Assembly (NCBI GenBank): GCA_964591015.1
Contig: CAZPXM010000003.1
Coordinates: 10,991 to 74,990 of the forward strand
Direction of reading: 5' to 3'
Origin: an uncultured Gemmatimonadaceae bacterium
Lineage (GTDB): Bacteria; Latescibacterota; UBA2968; UBA8231
Length of the DNA: 64,000 nucleotides
This document shows positions 44,143 to 59,055 of the stretch, piece by piece. The position numbers and the translations under genes were made by a program. A model generated the notes under the pieces. The model had not been told where the DNA came from, did no database searches, and saw only the letters and a program-made list of their open reading frames with translations. Positions within the stretch are counted from its first letter, which is position 1; each line of letters begins with the position of its first letter.

Positions 44143-44541
44143 CTACCACACGCGGCAGAGCACCTCGCCGCCGACGCCCTGCCGCCGCGCCTCTCGGTCG
44201 GTCATTACGCCCCGCGACGTGGACACGATCGCCACGCCCAGCCCGCGCAGCACCCGCGGCACCTCGCCCTTGCCCGCGTACCGCCGCAGCCCAGGCCGGC
44301 TGCACCTCTCTATGCCCTGAATCAGGCTCCTGTTCGCCTTGTCATACCTGAGGTACAGGCGCAACATTCCCTGCTTGCCGTCCTCGATGAGCGCGAAGTT
44401 GTCGATGAAGCGGTTCTCCGCCAGCACCCGCGCGATGTCGCGCTTGATCCGCGAAGCCGGAACCTCGACCCGCTTGTGCTTCGCCTGGCACGCGTTGCGC
44501 ACTCGCGTCAGCATGTCAGCGATCGGATCAGTCATGCTCAT
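44143..44541 (-). CDS. rpsH: 30S ribosomal protein S8
   Basis: MSMTDPIADMLTRVRNA is the S8 N-terminus. Confidence 0.95.
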   Translation of the reverse strand: MSMTDPIADMLTRVRNACQAKHKRVEVPASRIKRDIARVLAENRFIDNFALIEDGKQGMLRLYLRYDKANRSLIQGIERCSRPGLRRYAGKGEVPRVLRGLGVAIVSTSRGVMTDREARRQGVGGEVLCRVW

Positions 44542-44570
44542 GGGACTCTCTTGGCCTCCCGGCTGCAGGT

Positions 44571-44756
44571 CTACCAGCTCGCCTTCGTCACGCCAGGGAT
44601 CTCACCTCGAAGGGCCAGCTCGCGGAAGCAGATGCGACACAGGCCGAACTTGCGGTACACGCCGCGCGGACGGCCGCATCGCAGGCACCGTGTGTACCTG
44701 CGCACCCCGAACTTCGGTTCCCGCCGCGCCTTCTCGATCAGGCACTTCTTCGGCAT
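44571..44756 (-). CDS. rpsN: 30S ribosomal protein S14 type Z (zinc-binding short form)
   Basis: 61 aa with [23 protein letters not shown] (CxxC...CxxC). Confidence 0.9.
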   Translation of the reverse strand: MPKKCLIEKARREPKFGVRRYTRCLRCGRPRGVYRKFGLCRICFRELALRGEIPGVTKASW

Positions 44757-44771
44757 CTAGCGCGTCTCCAT

Positions 44772-45317
44772 TCAGTTCGCGCTGAAGGGCACGCCGAGCA
44801 GCCTCAGGAGCTCGCGCGCCTCTTCATCGGTGGCAGCCGATGTGACTATCGTGATGTTCATGCCGCGCACCTGGTCGATCTTGTCGAAATCCATCTCCGG
44901 AAAGATGACCTGCTCGCGCAGCCCCACGTTGTAGTTGCCGCGCCCATCGAAACCCCGAGGCGAGACACCCCGGAAATCCCTCACCTGTGGCAGCGCGAAC
45001 GTGACCAGCTTGTCGAGGAAATCGTACATGCGTTCGCGCCGCAGCGTGACGACGCAACCCACAGGCATACCAGCTCTGAGCTTGAAGTTCGAGATCGCCT
45101 TGCGAGCCCGACGCACAGCCGGCTTCTGCCCCGTGATGGCTGCCAGGTCCTTGACTGCACCTTCGAGGTGCTTCGCGTCCTGCACGGCCTCGCCAACCCC
45201 CATGTTGACGACGATCTTCTCCAGCCGTGGGACCTGCATCGCGTTCCTGTAGGCGAACCGCTCCATCAGAGCCGGGACGACCTCGTTCTCGTACAGCGCT
45301 CTCAGTCTGCTGGCCAT
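44772..45317 (-). CDS. rplE: 50S ribosomal protein L5
   Basis: 181 aa at the conserved position. Confidence 0.95.
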   Translation of the reverse strand: MASRLRALYENEVVPALMERFAYRNAMQVPRLEKIVVNMGVGEAVQDAKHLEGAVKDLAAITGQKPAVRRARKAISNFKLRAGMPVGCVVTLRRERMYDFLDKLVTFALPQVRDFRGVSPRGFDGRGNYNVGLREQVIFPEMDFDKIDQVRGMNITIVTSAATDEEARELLRLLGVPFSAN

Positions 45318-45338
45318 CGGCTTGTTAGCTCGCTTGTC

Positions 45339-45656
45339 TCACTCCGAATCGATCATCTCGCCACTGCACGCCGCAATGCGCACACGCTTGCCGCCATCGA
45401 GCCGCGAGTGTCGCACCCGGGTGGGGCGATCCGTCTTGGGGCAGATCAGCATCACGTTCGATACGTGGATCGGCGCCTCTCGCTCGATGATGCCGCCCTG
45501 CGGATCGCGCGAGCTCGGTCGCGTGTGATGCTTCCGCATGTTGACCCCTTCGACGATGAGGCGACTCTTGTCTCTCAACACGCTCAACACCACCCCACGC
45601 GAGCCCCTTTCGTTCCCGCTGATAACCTGAACCGTGTCGCCCTTGCGGATGTCCAT
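45339..45656 (-). CDS. rplX: 50S ribosomal protein L24
   Basis: MDIRKGDTVQVISGNERGSRGVV... is the KOW motif. Confidence 0.9.
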   Translation of the reverse strand: MDIRKGDTVQVISGNERGSRGVVLSVLRDKSRLIVEGVNMRKHHTRPSSRDPQGGIIEREAPIHVSNVMLICPKTDRPTRVRHSRLDGGKRVRIAACSGEMIDSE

Positions 45657-45676
45657 CGCGCGCCGATCTCCAGTGA

Positions 45677-46045
45677 CTAGACCACCTCGGGGGCCAGCGA
45701 GACGATCCGCATGAACTGCCTGTCGCGCAGTTCGCGGGCAACCGGCCCAAAGATCCGCGTCCCGCGCGGCTCCTTGTTGTCATCGATGAGGACCGCGGCG
45801 TTGTCGTCGAAGCGGATGTAGGAGCCGTCAGGCCGACGGCATCCCTTCCGCGTTCGCACGATCACCGCACGCGCCACCTGCCCCTCCTTCAGGGGGCCGT
45901 TGGGAACCACGCCGTGCACGGCGACGATGATGATGTCGCCGATGCCCGCGTAGCGGCGGCCGCTGCCACCGAGCACCCTTATGCAGCGAGCAGTTCGGGC
46001 GCCGCTGTTGTCCGCCATCCTCAATACGCAGTACTCTCTGATCAT
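45677..46045 (-). CDS. rplN: 50S ribosomal protein L14
   Basis: The true start is the internal ATG at 46045 ([17 protein letters not shown]...), which forms an ATGA overlap with the rpsQ stop. The upstream extension in the ORF track was rejected. Confidence 0.9.
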   Translation of the reverse strand: MIREYCVLRMADNSGARTARCIRVLGGSGRRYAGIGDIIIVAVHGVVPNGPLKEGQVARAVIVRTRKGCRRPDGSYIRFDDNAAVLIDDNKEPRGTRIFGPVARELRDRQFMRIVSLAPEVV

Positions 46046-46356
46046 GACTCGTCGGTTCCCGTTGCCCCGGTGCCTTCGGCCGCCTGCGTCGCGAGCAGGT
46101 CGCGCCCGATGACCTTGAGCAGCCGCCACCGTTTGGTTCGGCTCATCGGCCGGCATTCCTCGATCTGCACGACGTCGCCAACCCGCGACACCTCCTTCTC
46201 GTCGTGCGCTACGTAGTTGACCGTGCGCCGTAGTACGCGCCCGTACAGCTCGTGCGGGATGTCCTCGTCCACGGCGATCACGCGCGTCTTGAGGTTATTC
46301 GCCTTCAGCACGCGTCCTTCAGCGACCCGCCTACCTCTCTTCAGCCCGTCCATCAC
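46042..46356 (-). CDS. rpsQ: 30S ribosomal protein S17
   Basis: ...[18 protein letters not shown]...[29 protein letters not shown] is the S17 signature. Confidence 0.9.
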   Translation of the reverse strand: MMDGLKRGRRVAEGRVLKANNLKTRVIAVDEDIPHELYGRVLRRTVNYVAHDEKEVSRVGDVVQIEECRPMSRTKRWRLLKVIGRDLLATQAAEGTGATGTDES

Positions 46357-46574
46357 TGCTGGTTCCCTCCGGCCAGGGTCCGAATCCCCAGCTCATGCTG
46401 CCGCAGCACCGTGAGGACACGCGCGATATCGCGGCGCACCTGCCGGAGCCGGATGGGCGACAGCAACTGCCCAGACGCATGCTGGAAGCGCAGGTTGAAC
46501 GCCTCCTCCTGCAGAGCGCTCAGGCGCTGCTGAACCTCAAGCACGCTCATCTCACGAAGCTCGCTGCAGTCCAT
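46353..46574 (-). CDS. rpmC: 50S ribosomal protein L29
   Basis: 73 aa, helical, at the conserved position. Confidence 0.85.
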   Translation of the reverse strand: MDCSELREMSVLEVQQRLSALQEEAFNLRFQHASGQLLSPIRLRQVRRDIARVLTVLRQHELGIRTLAGGNQQ

Positions 46575-46576
46575 GC

Positions 46577-46987
46577 CTAGCCCACCCGTTCGACGAATCT
46601 GGTCTTGATCGGGAGCTTGTGGCTGGCGAGACGAAAGGCCTGCTTCGCCAGCTCCTGCGGAACACCCGAGAGCTCAAACATGACCCGCCCCGGCTTGACC
46701 ACGGCAACCCATCCCTCGGGAGCACCTTTCCCTTTGCCCATGCGCGTCTCGGCGGGCTTCTTGGTGATCGGCTTGTCGGGGAACACCCGGATCCACATCT
46801 TGCCCGTGCGGCTCATGGCACGGCTGATGGCGATGCGAGCCGCCTCAATCTGGCGACTGCTGACCCAGCCAGGCTCGACGGCCTTCAGACCGAAATCCCC
46901 GAAAGAGACCATGTCCCCGCCCTTCGTGTACCCCCGCATCCTGCCGCGGTTCTGCTTCCTCCACTTGACCTTCTTGGGCATCAGCAT
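46577..46987 (-). CDS. rplP: 50S ribosomal protein L16
   Basis: [24 protein letters not shown] is the L16 N-terminus. Confidence 0.95.
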   Translation of the reverse strand: MLMPKKVKWRKQNRGRMRGYTKGGDMVSFGDFGLKAVEPGWVSSRQIEAARIAISRAMSRTGKMWIRVFPDKPITKKPAETRMGKGKGAPEGWVAVVKPGRVMFELSGVPQELAKQAFRLASHKLPIKTRFVERVG

Positions 46988-47016
46988 CGCGCACCGACCT
47001 CACCAGTTTGCGGGAC

Positions 47017-47670
47017 TCAGGAGACCTGTGCAGCGCCAGGCTCGTCGACGACCTCGCCGTTGCAGATCCACACCTTCACCCCAACGGTGCCCGAGACCGT
47101 GTAGGCCGTCGCCTGCGCATAGTCGATATCCGCACGGAGCGTGTGGAGCGGCACGCGGCCAGCCGGCTCGGAGCGCTCGCGTCTGGCCATTTCGGCACCG
47201 CCGATGCGCCCCGCGCAGACCACACGGATACCTTCCGCCCCCATGCGCATCGCCGACGCCACCGACTTCTTGATCGCGCGCCGGAAGGACACCCGTTGCT
47301 CCAGCTGGCGCGCGAGGTTCTCGGCAACGAGTTGCGCGTCGAGCTCGGGCTTCTTGACCTCCTGGATATTCAGGGACACATCCTTGCGCGTGAGCTGCTT
47401 CAACTCGTCGCGCAGCTTGTCGACCTCGGCGCCCCGCCGTCCGATGGCGATGCCCGGGCGAGCGGTGTGCACCTCGACCGTGACCCGCTTCGGCTGGCGC
47501 TCGATGTTGATCCTGGACACGCCGGCCCGCTGGAGCCGCTGCCGAACGTACTTCCTGAGCATCAGGTCTTCTCTCAGGAGCTCCGAGAAGTCCTTTTCGG
47601 CGAACCAGTTGGATCGCCAGCTCTTGATCACGCCGAGGCGCAGACCGTACGGATGCGTCTTCTGTCCCAC
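47017..47670 (-). CDS. rpsC: 30S ribosomal protein S3
   Basis: [26 protein letters not shown] is the S3 N-terminus. Confidence 0.95.
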   Translation of the reverse strand: MGQKTHPYGLRLGVIKSWRSNWFAEKDFSELLREDLMLRKYVRQRLQRAGVSRINIERQPKRVTVEVHTARPGIAIGRRGAEVDKLRDELKQLTRKDVSLNIQEVKKPELDAQLVAENLARQLEQRVSFRRAIKKSVASAMRMGAEGIRVVCAGRIGGAEMARRERSEPAGRVPLHTLRADIDYAQATAYTVSGTVGVKVWICNGEVVDEPGAAQVS

Positions 47671-47690
47671 GAGGTCCCCCTTCCTTCGGC

Positions 47691-48041
47691 CTATCCCGCT
47701 GTCTCGTCGCTCACGACCACGGTCACGTGGCTCTGCCGTCGCACGACCCGGTCTGCCGACCCACGCGCCCGTGGTCGAACCCGCTTCAGGTCACGGCCCT
47801 CGTCCGCGTAGATCTCCTTGACGAACAGCGCCTCGGCATCCACGGCACCCCCTGCACCGCTGCTCTGGCAGTTCGCGATCGCCGACCGCAGGACCTTCTC
47901 GATCATCTTGGCCACCGGACGCTTGGAGAAGCGCAACAGACCCAGCACCTCGCCAACCCGTCTACCCCGCAGGTGCTCGATGACTTGCCGTACCTTGGTG
48001 GCCGGTACACCGACCTGCGACAGCCTCGCTCTGGCTTCCAT
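47691..48041 (-). CDS. rplV: 50S ribosomal protein L22
   Basis: Internal ATG at 48041 ([20 protein letters not shown]...[26 protein letters not shown]). The ORF-track extension to 48530 overlaps rpsS and was rejected. Confidence 0.9.
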   Translation of the reverse strand: MEARARLSQVGVPATKVRQVIEHLRGRRVGEVLGLLRFSKRPVAKMIEKVLRSAIANCQSSGAGGAVDAEALFVKEIYADEGRDLKRVRPRARGSADRVVRRQSHVTVVVSDETAG

Positions 48042-48076
48042 CGCTCCCCTCGAGATTCGCCGCGAGCCCGCCGAGC

Positions 48077-48367
48077 TCACTTGCGGACTGCACTGGCGCG
48101 TTCGGTGGCCCGTCCCGCATGGCCGCGGAAAGTCCGCGTGGGCGCGAACTCCCCTAGCTTGTGACCGACCATGTTCTCGGTCACGTACACGGGGATGAAC
48201 TTGCTGCCATTGTGTACCGCCAGAGTATGGCCGACGAAGTCCGGCGTGATGGTCGACCGGCGCGACCAGGTCTTGATCACGCGACGATCGCCGCTGCGGT
48301 TGAGCGCCGTCACCTTGCGAGCCAAGTGCTCGTCGACGAACGGCCCCTTCTTGACAGATCTCGCCAT
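48077..48367 (-). CDS. rpsS: 30S ribosomal protein S19
   Basis: Internal ATG at 48367 ([15 protein letters not shown]...). Confidence 0.9.
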   Translation of the reverse strand: MARSVKKGPFVDEHLARKVTALNRSGDRRVIKTWSRRSTITPDFVGHTLAVHNGSKFIPVYVTENMVGHKLGEFAPTRTFRGHAGRATERASAVRK

Positions 48368-48384
48368 GTCTGCCCCGTCGCTCC

Positions 48385-49212
48385 TTACTTGGCCCTGCGA
48401 CGTCGCAGGATCCATGCATCCGATGCCTGCTTCTTGCGCGTCTTGTACCCCTTCGTCGGCTTTCCCCAAGGGGACACCGGATGCCGGCCTCCAGACGTAC
48501 GTCCCTCGCCTCCGCCATGGGGATGGTCAACCGGGTTCATCGCCACTCCCCGCACCTTCGGGCGCCGCCCCAACCATGCCGACCTTCCCGCCTTCCCCAG
48601 GACCACATTCGCGTGCTCCAGATTGCCGACTTGCCCGATCGTGGCATAGCAGCTCACTGGAACCTCGCGCATCTCGCCAGACGGGAGCCTGAGCTGAGCC
48701 CGAGCTTCGTTCCGACCCAGCAACTGCACCTCGCAACCTGCGCTGCGCGCGATCTGCCCACCGTGCCCAGGACTGAGCTCCACGTTGTGCAGGGTGCTGC
48801 CCAGAGGAATCCGCTCCAGCGGCAAGGCGTTGCCCCGCCGGACCGGCGCATCGGGACCGGAGATCACCGAATCGCCGACTGCGATTCCCTCCGGCGCCAC
48901 TATGTACCGCTTGTCGCCGTCAGCGTAATGGATCAGCGCCACGAATGCGGATCGATTGGGGTCGTATTCGATGGCGGCCACTCGCCCCGGAACCCCATGT
49001 TTCTGACGCCGGAAATCGATGGTCCGGTATCTCCGCTTGTGCCCGCCACCACGTCGGCGCACGGTGATCCGTCCCTGGTTGTTCCGGCCACCCGACTTCG
49101 ACAGCGGGGCCAGGAGCGGCTTCTCCGGCTGTGTTCGCGTCACCTCAGCGAACGAGTTGACGGTCTTGTACCGCAACGTCGGGGTGGTGGCGCGGAACTT
49201 CTTCACTGGCAT
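48385..49212 (-). CDS. rplB: 50S ribosomal protein L2
   Basis: 275 aa with ...[23 protein letters not shown]... and the C-terminal HPHGGGEGR motif. Confidence 0.95.
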   Translation of the reverse strand: MPVKKFRATTPTLRYKTVNSFAEVTRTQPEKPLLAPLSKSGGRNNQGRITVRRRGGGHKRRYRTIDFRRQKHGVPGRVAAIEYDPNRSAFVALIHYADGDKRYIVAPEGIAVGDSVISGPDAPVRRGNALPLERIPLGSTLHNVELSPGHGGQIARSAGCEVQLLGRNEARAQLRLPSGEMREVPVSCYATIGQVGNLEHANVVLGKAGRSAWLGRRPKVRGVAMNPVDHPHGGGEGRTSGGRHPVSPWGKPTKGYKTRKKQASDAWILRRRRAK

Positions 49213-49238
49213 CTCGGCACCGCTTCACCTTTGCAGGG

Positions 49239-49526
49239 CTACGGATTCTCTATGCGCTCGATGCTCTCGCCGGACCGCAGCCGCACGTACGCCTTCTTCC
49301 AGCCCGGCTGCCGCCCCACAGAGAGCCCCTGACGCCTGGGCTTGCTCGGCACGGATACCGTCCGCACCGACTCCACGTGCACTCCAAAGATCGTCTCGAC
49401 CGCCCGGCGTATCTCGATCTTGTTGGCGGACCGGGCCACACGGAAGACGTACTGGTTGCCCTCACGCAGAGCCGTCGCCTTCTCCGTGACCACCGGCCGC
49501 TGGATGGTGCTCCGATGCTCGCTCAC
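49239..49526 (-). CDS. rplW: 50S ribosomal protein L23
   Basis: GTG start at 49526 (VSEHRSTIQRPVVTEKA...), 95 aa. It overlaps the rplD stop by 4 nt. The longer ORF-track extension was rejected. Confidence 0.85.
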   Translation of the reverse strand: MSEHRSTIQRPVVTEKATALREGNQYVFRVARSANKIEIRRAVETIFGVHVESVRTVSVPSKPRRQGLSVGRQPGWKKAYVRLRSGESIERIENP

Positions 49527-50191
49527 TCGCTGCCGCTCCTTGGCTCTTCCGTGGCGACTGCGCACCGACGTACCAGCTCGGCGATCGCTGAACGGGTGAA
49601 CACCACACGTTCGGCGGCCACCACGGCGTAGGTCCCCAGACACCCGACGGGCTCTACCGTCACCCCTCGAACATTGCGGCAGGACTTCTCCAGCATCGGT
49701 GTCGGGCCGGCAGTGACCAGCAACACCCCGCCCGCGGTCTCGCCCAGCCCCCACGCGCGCATCGCCTTCACGAAGGCCTTCGTACTCGGCGTCTCCGGCT
49801 CCATGTCCTCCACCACGTGGACCGCTCCCTGCTGTGCCTTCAAGGTCAGCGCCGAGCGAAACGCCAGCCGCTTCAGCGACTTCGTCATGCGGAGCTCATA
49901 GGAACGGGGTTGCGGGCCGAACGCCACTCCTCCCCCTCGCACCAGCGGAGAGCGAAGAGAACCGCGTCTGGCCCACCCAGTCCCCTTCTGGCGGTGGTGC
50001 TTCTTCCCGGTGCGAGCCACCTCGGAGCGCGACCTGACCGCCGCCGTTCCCTGGCGCTGGTTCGCCTCGTAGGTGACCACGGCGCGGTAGACCGCGTACT
50101 CCGAGACCTTCGCGGCGAACAGCTCCTCCGGGAGCTCCACCGCTCCTTGGGCCTTCCCTTCGTGGTCCAGCACTTCGACCTGATTGCCCAT
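49523..50191 (-). CDS. rplD: 50S ribosomal protein L4
   Basis: The start was taken at ATG 50191 (MGNQVEVLDHEGKAQGAVELPEELF...), preceded by AAGAGGG. The KKHHRQKGTGWARRGSLRSP...GGGVAFGP motif is present. The TTG at 50224 is an alternative start. Confidence 0.9.
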   Translation of the reverse strand: MGNQVEVLDHEGKAQGAVELPEELFAAKVSEYAVYRAVVTYEANQRQGTAAVRSRSEVARTGKKHHRQKGTGWARRGSLRSPLVRGGGVAFGPQPRSYELRMTKSLKRLAFRSALTLKAQQGAVHVVEDMEPETPSTKAFVKAMRAWGLGETAGGVLLVTAGPTPMLEKSCRNVRGVTVEPVGCLGTYAVVAAERVVFTRSAIAELVRRCAVATEEPRSGSE

Positions 50192-50243
50192 GGCCCTCTT
50201 TTCCAGCACGAGCTCGCCGGCCAACCCGGTGATCGGACGGCGA

Positions 50244-50552
50244 TCAGACCTTGATATCGATCCCGATACCTGCTGGCAAGTCCAGCTTCATGAGAGCGTC
50301 AACCGTCTGCGGCGTCGAGTCGTAGATGTCGATCAGCCGCTTGTGGACCCGCGTCTCGAACTGCTCGCGCGACTTCTTGTCCACGTGAGGCGAACGGAGC
50401 ACAGTGTACACTGTGCGCGACGTCGGCAACGGCACGGGACCGGCTATCCGTGCGCCGCTGCGGCGCACCGTCTGGACGATCTCGTCCACAGACCGGTCCA
50501 GCGCCACGTGATCGTACGCCTTCAGCCGAATGCGTATCCTGTCGACAGCCAC
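50244..50552 (-). CDS. rpsJ: 30S ribosomal protein S10
   Basis: 102 aa. [12 protein letters not shown] is the S10 signature. Confidence 0.95.
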   Translation of the reverse strand: MAVDRIRIRLKAYDHVALDRSVDEIVQTVRRSGARIAGPVPLPTSRTVYTVLRSPHVDKKSREQFETRVHKRLIDIYDSTPQTVDALMKLDLPAGIGIDIKV

Positions 50553-50597
50553 TGGCCACTCCCTGGCTCTCGGTGTGCCCTCGTTGTCGCAGCTTCC

Positions 50598-51788
<1,191 letters not shown>

Positions 51789-51821
51789 GTCCATGTCCTC
51801 TCTTTGTGCGATTGCGCCAAG

Positions 51822-53915
51822 CTACCTGCGGTCGTCTTCCCCGCGCACCTTAGCGACAATCTCCTCAGTGATGCTCTTCGGTACCTGTTGAAATCTCGAG
51901 AACTGCATGCTGAAGATGCCTCGCCCCTGCGTCAGTGAGCGCAGTCTCGTGGCGTACCCGAAGGTCTCGCTCAGAGGGATGCATGCCGAGACGACCTGAG
52001 CGTCGGAGCGCGAGCTGACGCCATGGATCTCGGCGCGATGCGCATTGAGATCACCCATCACGTCGCCCAGATACTGCTCGGGCACGATCACTTCGAGCAA
52101 CATGACTGGCTCCATCAGGAATGGCTGTGACTTGCGGGCCGCATCCTGGAACGCCAGCGAGCCCGCCACCTTGAAAGCCATCTCCGAGGAATCCACCTCG
52201 TGATACGAGCCGTCAGTCAGCACTGCTTTCACGTCTTCGACCGGGTACCCGGCGACCGGACCCGAGGTCATGGCCTCGGCAATCCCCTGCCGGACCGGGG
52301 CAATATACTCGCGAGGCACCCGCCCGCCCTCGATCTCGGACTCGAAGACCAGCCCGGTGCCCGGCTCGCCAGGTGAGAAGTCGACCTCCACATGCCCATA
52401 CTGGCCACGCCCCCCCGTCTGGCGCACGAACCGACCGGTCCCGTGGGCCGGGCAGGCGAAGCCCTCCTTGTAGGCCACCTGGGGCCGTCCCACGTTGGCC
52501 TCCACCCGAAACTCGCGAAAGAGACGGTCGATGAGAATCTCCAGATGCAGTTCACCCATCCCGGAGATGACCGTCTGCCCCGTCTCCTCGTCGACCCTGA
52601 TGCGGAACGTGGGGTCCTCATCGCTCAACTTGAGCAGCGCCAGATGAAGTTGCCCCTGATCGGCGCGCGTCTTGGGCTCGATGGCGACGTGCACGACAGG
52701 CTCAGCGAACTCGATCCTCTCGAGGACAAGAGGACTGCTCTCGTCGCAGAGCGTATCGCCAGTAGTCGTCTGCTTCAGCCCAACCACGGCGACGATATCC
52801 CCGGCGTACACTTCTTTCCGCTCGGTCCGGTCGTTCGCGTGCATCTCCAGAAGCCGGGACACCCGCTCGCGTCGTTCAGAGATCGAGTTGAATACGTATT
52901 GCCCGGCGCGAAGCGATCCTGAGTACACGCGCACAAAGGTCAAGCGTCCCACAAACGGGTCCGTCATCACCTTGAAGGCCAGGGCCGCCAGAGGTTCGTC
53001 ATCCTCCGGCAACCGCACAACAACCTCATCGGTGTGAGGTCTGACGCCCCGGACCGCACCGACATCGGCCGGCGACGGCAGGAAGTACACAACCGAATCG
53101 AGCAGACGTTGTATGCCCTTGTGCCGATAGGCGCTACCACATGTGACAGGCACAACCTTCAGCGAGATGGTAGCCCGTCGCAGCGCCGCACGCACTTCCT
53201 CTGGAGTGATGTCCTTACCGTCGAGAAACCTCTCCAGCAGATGATCGTCAAACTCGGCGACCGATTCCAGCATCCTCTCCCGGTATCTGAGCGCACCCTC
53301 ACGCAGATCATCGGGCACTGGGTTTTCGTAGAAACTGACGCCCTGGGTGCCGTCCTCGTACGTGATCGCCTTCATCTCGACCAGGTCGATCAGGCCGCTG
53401 AATGTCTCTCCGGCGCCGATCGGCAGCTGGATCGGCACGAACGTGCTGTGGAGCCTGTCAGCCAGCATGTCCAGTACACGAAAGAAGTCGGCGCCGTTAC
53501 GGTCCATCTTGTTGACGAAGGCGATGCGGGGCACTCTGTACTTGTCGGCCTGACGCCACACCGCCTCTGACTGGGGCTCCACCCCCCCAACAGCACAGAA
53601 GATGCCGACCATCCCGTCCAGGACACGGAGCGAGCGCTCGACTTCCGCTGTGAAGTCCACGTGACCTGGAGTGTCGATAATATTGACCCTGTGCCCCCGC
53701 CACTGGCACACGGTGGCGGCCGAGGTGATCGTTATTCCCCGTTCCCGCTCTTGCTCCATCCAGTCCATCGCTGCCGTTCCCTCGTGCACCTCGCCCATGC
53801 GGTGCAGACGACCAGCGTAGAACAGGATGCGCTCCGTGGTCGTGGTCTTCCCCGCGTCAATATGAGCCGCAATACCGATGTTGCGGGTCAAAGCCACTGG
53901 CAGCTGACGGGCCAT
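51822..53915 (-). CDS. fusA: Elongation factor G
   Basis: 697 aa. [19 protein letters not shown] is the G-domain signature. Confidence 0.95.
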   Translation of the reverse strand: MARQLPVALTRNIGIAAHIDAGKTTTTERILFYAGRLHRMGEVHEGTAAMDWMEQERERGITITSAATVCQWRGHRVNIIDTPGHVDFTAEVERSLRVLDGMVGIFCAVGGVEPQSEAVWRQADKYRVPRIAFVNKMDRNGADFFRVLDMLADRLHSTFVPIQLPIGAGETFSGLIDLVEMKAITYEDGTQGVSFYENPVPDDLREGALRYRERMLESVAEFDDHLLERFLDGKDITPEEVRAALRRATISLKVVPVTCGSAYRHKGIQRLLDSVVYFLPSPADVGAVRGVRPHTDEVVVRLPEDDEPLAALAFKVMTDPFVGRLTFVRVYSGSLRAGQYVFNSISERRERVSRLLEMHANDRTERKEVYAGDIVAVVGLKQTTTGDTLCDESSPLVLERIEFAEPVVHVAIEPKTRADQGQLHLALLKLSDEDPTFRIRVDEETGQTVISGMGELHLEILIDRLFREFRVEANVGRPQVAYKEGFACPAHGTGRFVRQTGGRGQYGHVEVDFSPGEPGTGLVFESEIEGGRVPREYIAPVRQGIAEAMTSGPVAGYPVEDVKAVLTDGSYHEVDSSEMAFKVAGSLAFQDAARKSQPFLMEPVMLLEVIVPEQYLGDVMGDLNAHRAEIHGVSSRSDAQVVSACIPLSETFGYATRLRSLTQGRGIFSMQFSRFQQVPKSITEEIVAKVRGEDDRR

Positions 53916-53957
53916 CTAGAATAGAACGTCCGTAAACTAGAGCGTCCGTAACTGAAG

Positions 53958-54428
53958 CTAGAATCTGTAGTGAGCGAACGCCTTGTTCGCCTCCGCCATC
54001 CGATGCACGTCCTCACGCATGCGCACCGCCCCTCCCTCTCCCTTCGACGCGGCAACCAACTCGTTGGCGAGCCTCTCCGCCATCGTTCGCTCAGCCCGCT
54101 CGCGGGCGAAACGGATCAGCCAACGGATCGCCCTGGCGGTGCGCTCTTCGGGCCTGACCTCCACGGGCACTTGGTAGGTCTGCCCACCCACACGACGGGA
54201 CCTAACCATCACCAGAGGTTTGGCATTCTCGAGGGCCTTCTGGAAGACCTCAATCCCGTCCTGTCCGCTCCGGCTGTTCACCAGATCTATGGCATCGTAG
54301 AAGATCTGCTCAGCCACGCTCTTCTTCCCCTTCTTCATCAGGCTGTTCATGAAGCGTGCGGCTAGCAGGTTATGGAATTTCGGGTCCGGCAGGATCTGCC
54401 TCTTGACCGCCTTCTTTCTCCGCGACAT
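53958..54428 (-). CDS. rpsG: 30S ribosomal protein S7
   Basis: Internal ATG at 54428 ([18 protein letters not shown]...), with GAGGAT upstream. The protein is 156 aa. Confidence 0.95.
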   Translation of the reverse strand: MSRRKKAVKRQILPDPKFHNLLAARFMNSLMKKGKKSVAEQIFYDAIDLVNSRSGQDGIEVFQKALENAKPLVMVRSRRVGGQTYQVPVEVRPEERTARAIRWLIRFARERAERTMAERLANELVAASKGEGGAVRMREDVHRMAEANKAFAHYRF

Positions 54429-54453
54429 CTCGTATCCTCGATTGCTTGTCGAC

Positions 54454-54831
54454 TCACGACTTGTCAGGGCGTCTGGCCCCGTACTTGGACCGTCCCTGAC
54501 GGCGCTCGGCCACGCCGCTCGCATCCAGGACGCCACGGATGATATGGTAGCGAACACCCGGGCAATCCTTCACGCGGCCGCCTCGCACGAGGACTATCGA
54601 GTGCTCCTGCAGGTTGTTGCCTTCACCGGGGATGTACGCCGTGACCTCCGTTCCCGTGGTCAAGCGTACCCTGGCCATCTTGCGCAGTGCGGAGTTCGGC
54701 TTCTTCGGAGTCGTAGTGTAGACCCGCGTGCAGACTCCCCGCCGCTGAGGGCTGCCACCCAGAGCAGGCGCATCGCTGCTCTTGCGGAACTTCTGGCGCC
54801 CAATGCGTATGAGCTGGCTGATGGTTGGCAA
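54454..54831 (-). CDS. rpsL: 30S ribosomal protein S12
   Basis: [13 protein letters not shown].... The first codon reads TTG with AAGGGGGG 8 nt upstream. The protein is 125 aa. Confidence 0.95.
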   Translation of the reverse strand: MPTISQLIRIGRQKFRKSSDAPALGGSPQRRGVCTRVYTTTPKKPNSALRKMARVRLTTGTEVTAYIPGEGNNLQEHSIVLVRGGRVKDCPGVRYHIIRGVLDASGVAERRQGRSKYGARRPDKS

Positions 54832-54860
54832 GTCCCGTTCCCCCCTTAGGAAACCAGCCG

Positions 54861-54885
54861 ATAGGTAAACTTAAAGTGTACTCCT
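54861..54885 (-). promoter_or_regulatory. AT-rich island in the 68-bp rpoC-rpsL spacer (candidate promoter for the rpsL-rpsG-fusA-tuf-S10 transcript)
   Basis: The only clearly AT-rich 25-mer (ataggtaaacttaaagtgtactcct) in a roughly 70% GC region. It lies just upstream of rpsL. No clean -35/-10 hexamers are present. Confidence 0.25.
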
Positions 54886-54899
54886 GAACCCCGCCTCTG

Positions 54900-59054
<4,155 letters not shown>

Positions 59055-59055
59055 G

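Noticed and set aside
47691-48530. Long forms of rplV (279 aa), rplN (159 aa), rpsS (130 aa), rpsG (199 aa), rplW (171 aa) and rpsM (160 aa) from the ORF track
   Set aside because: Homology-defined N-termini, RBS positions and ATGA-type overlaps with upstream genes place the true starts internally. The extensions overlap neighbouring r-protein genes.
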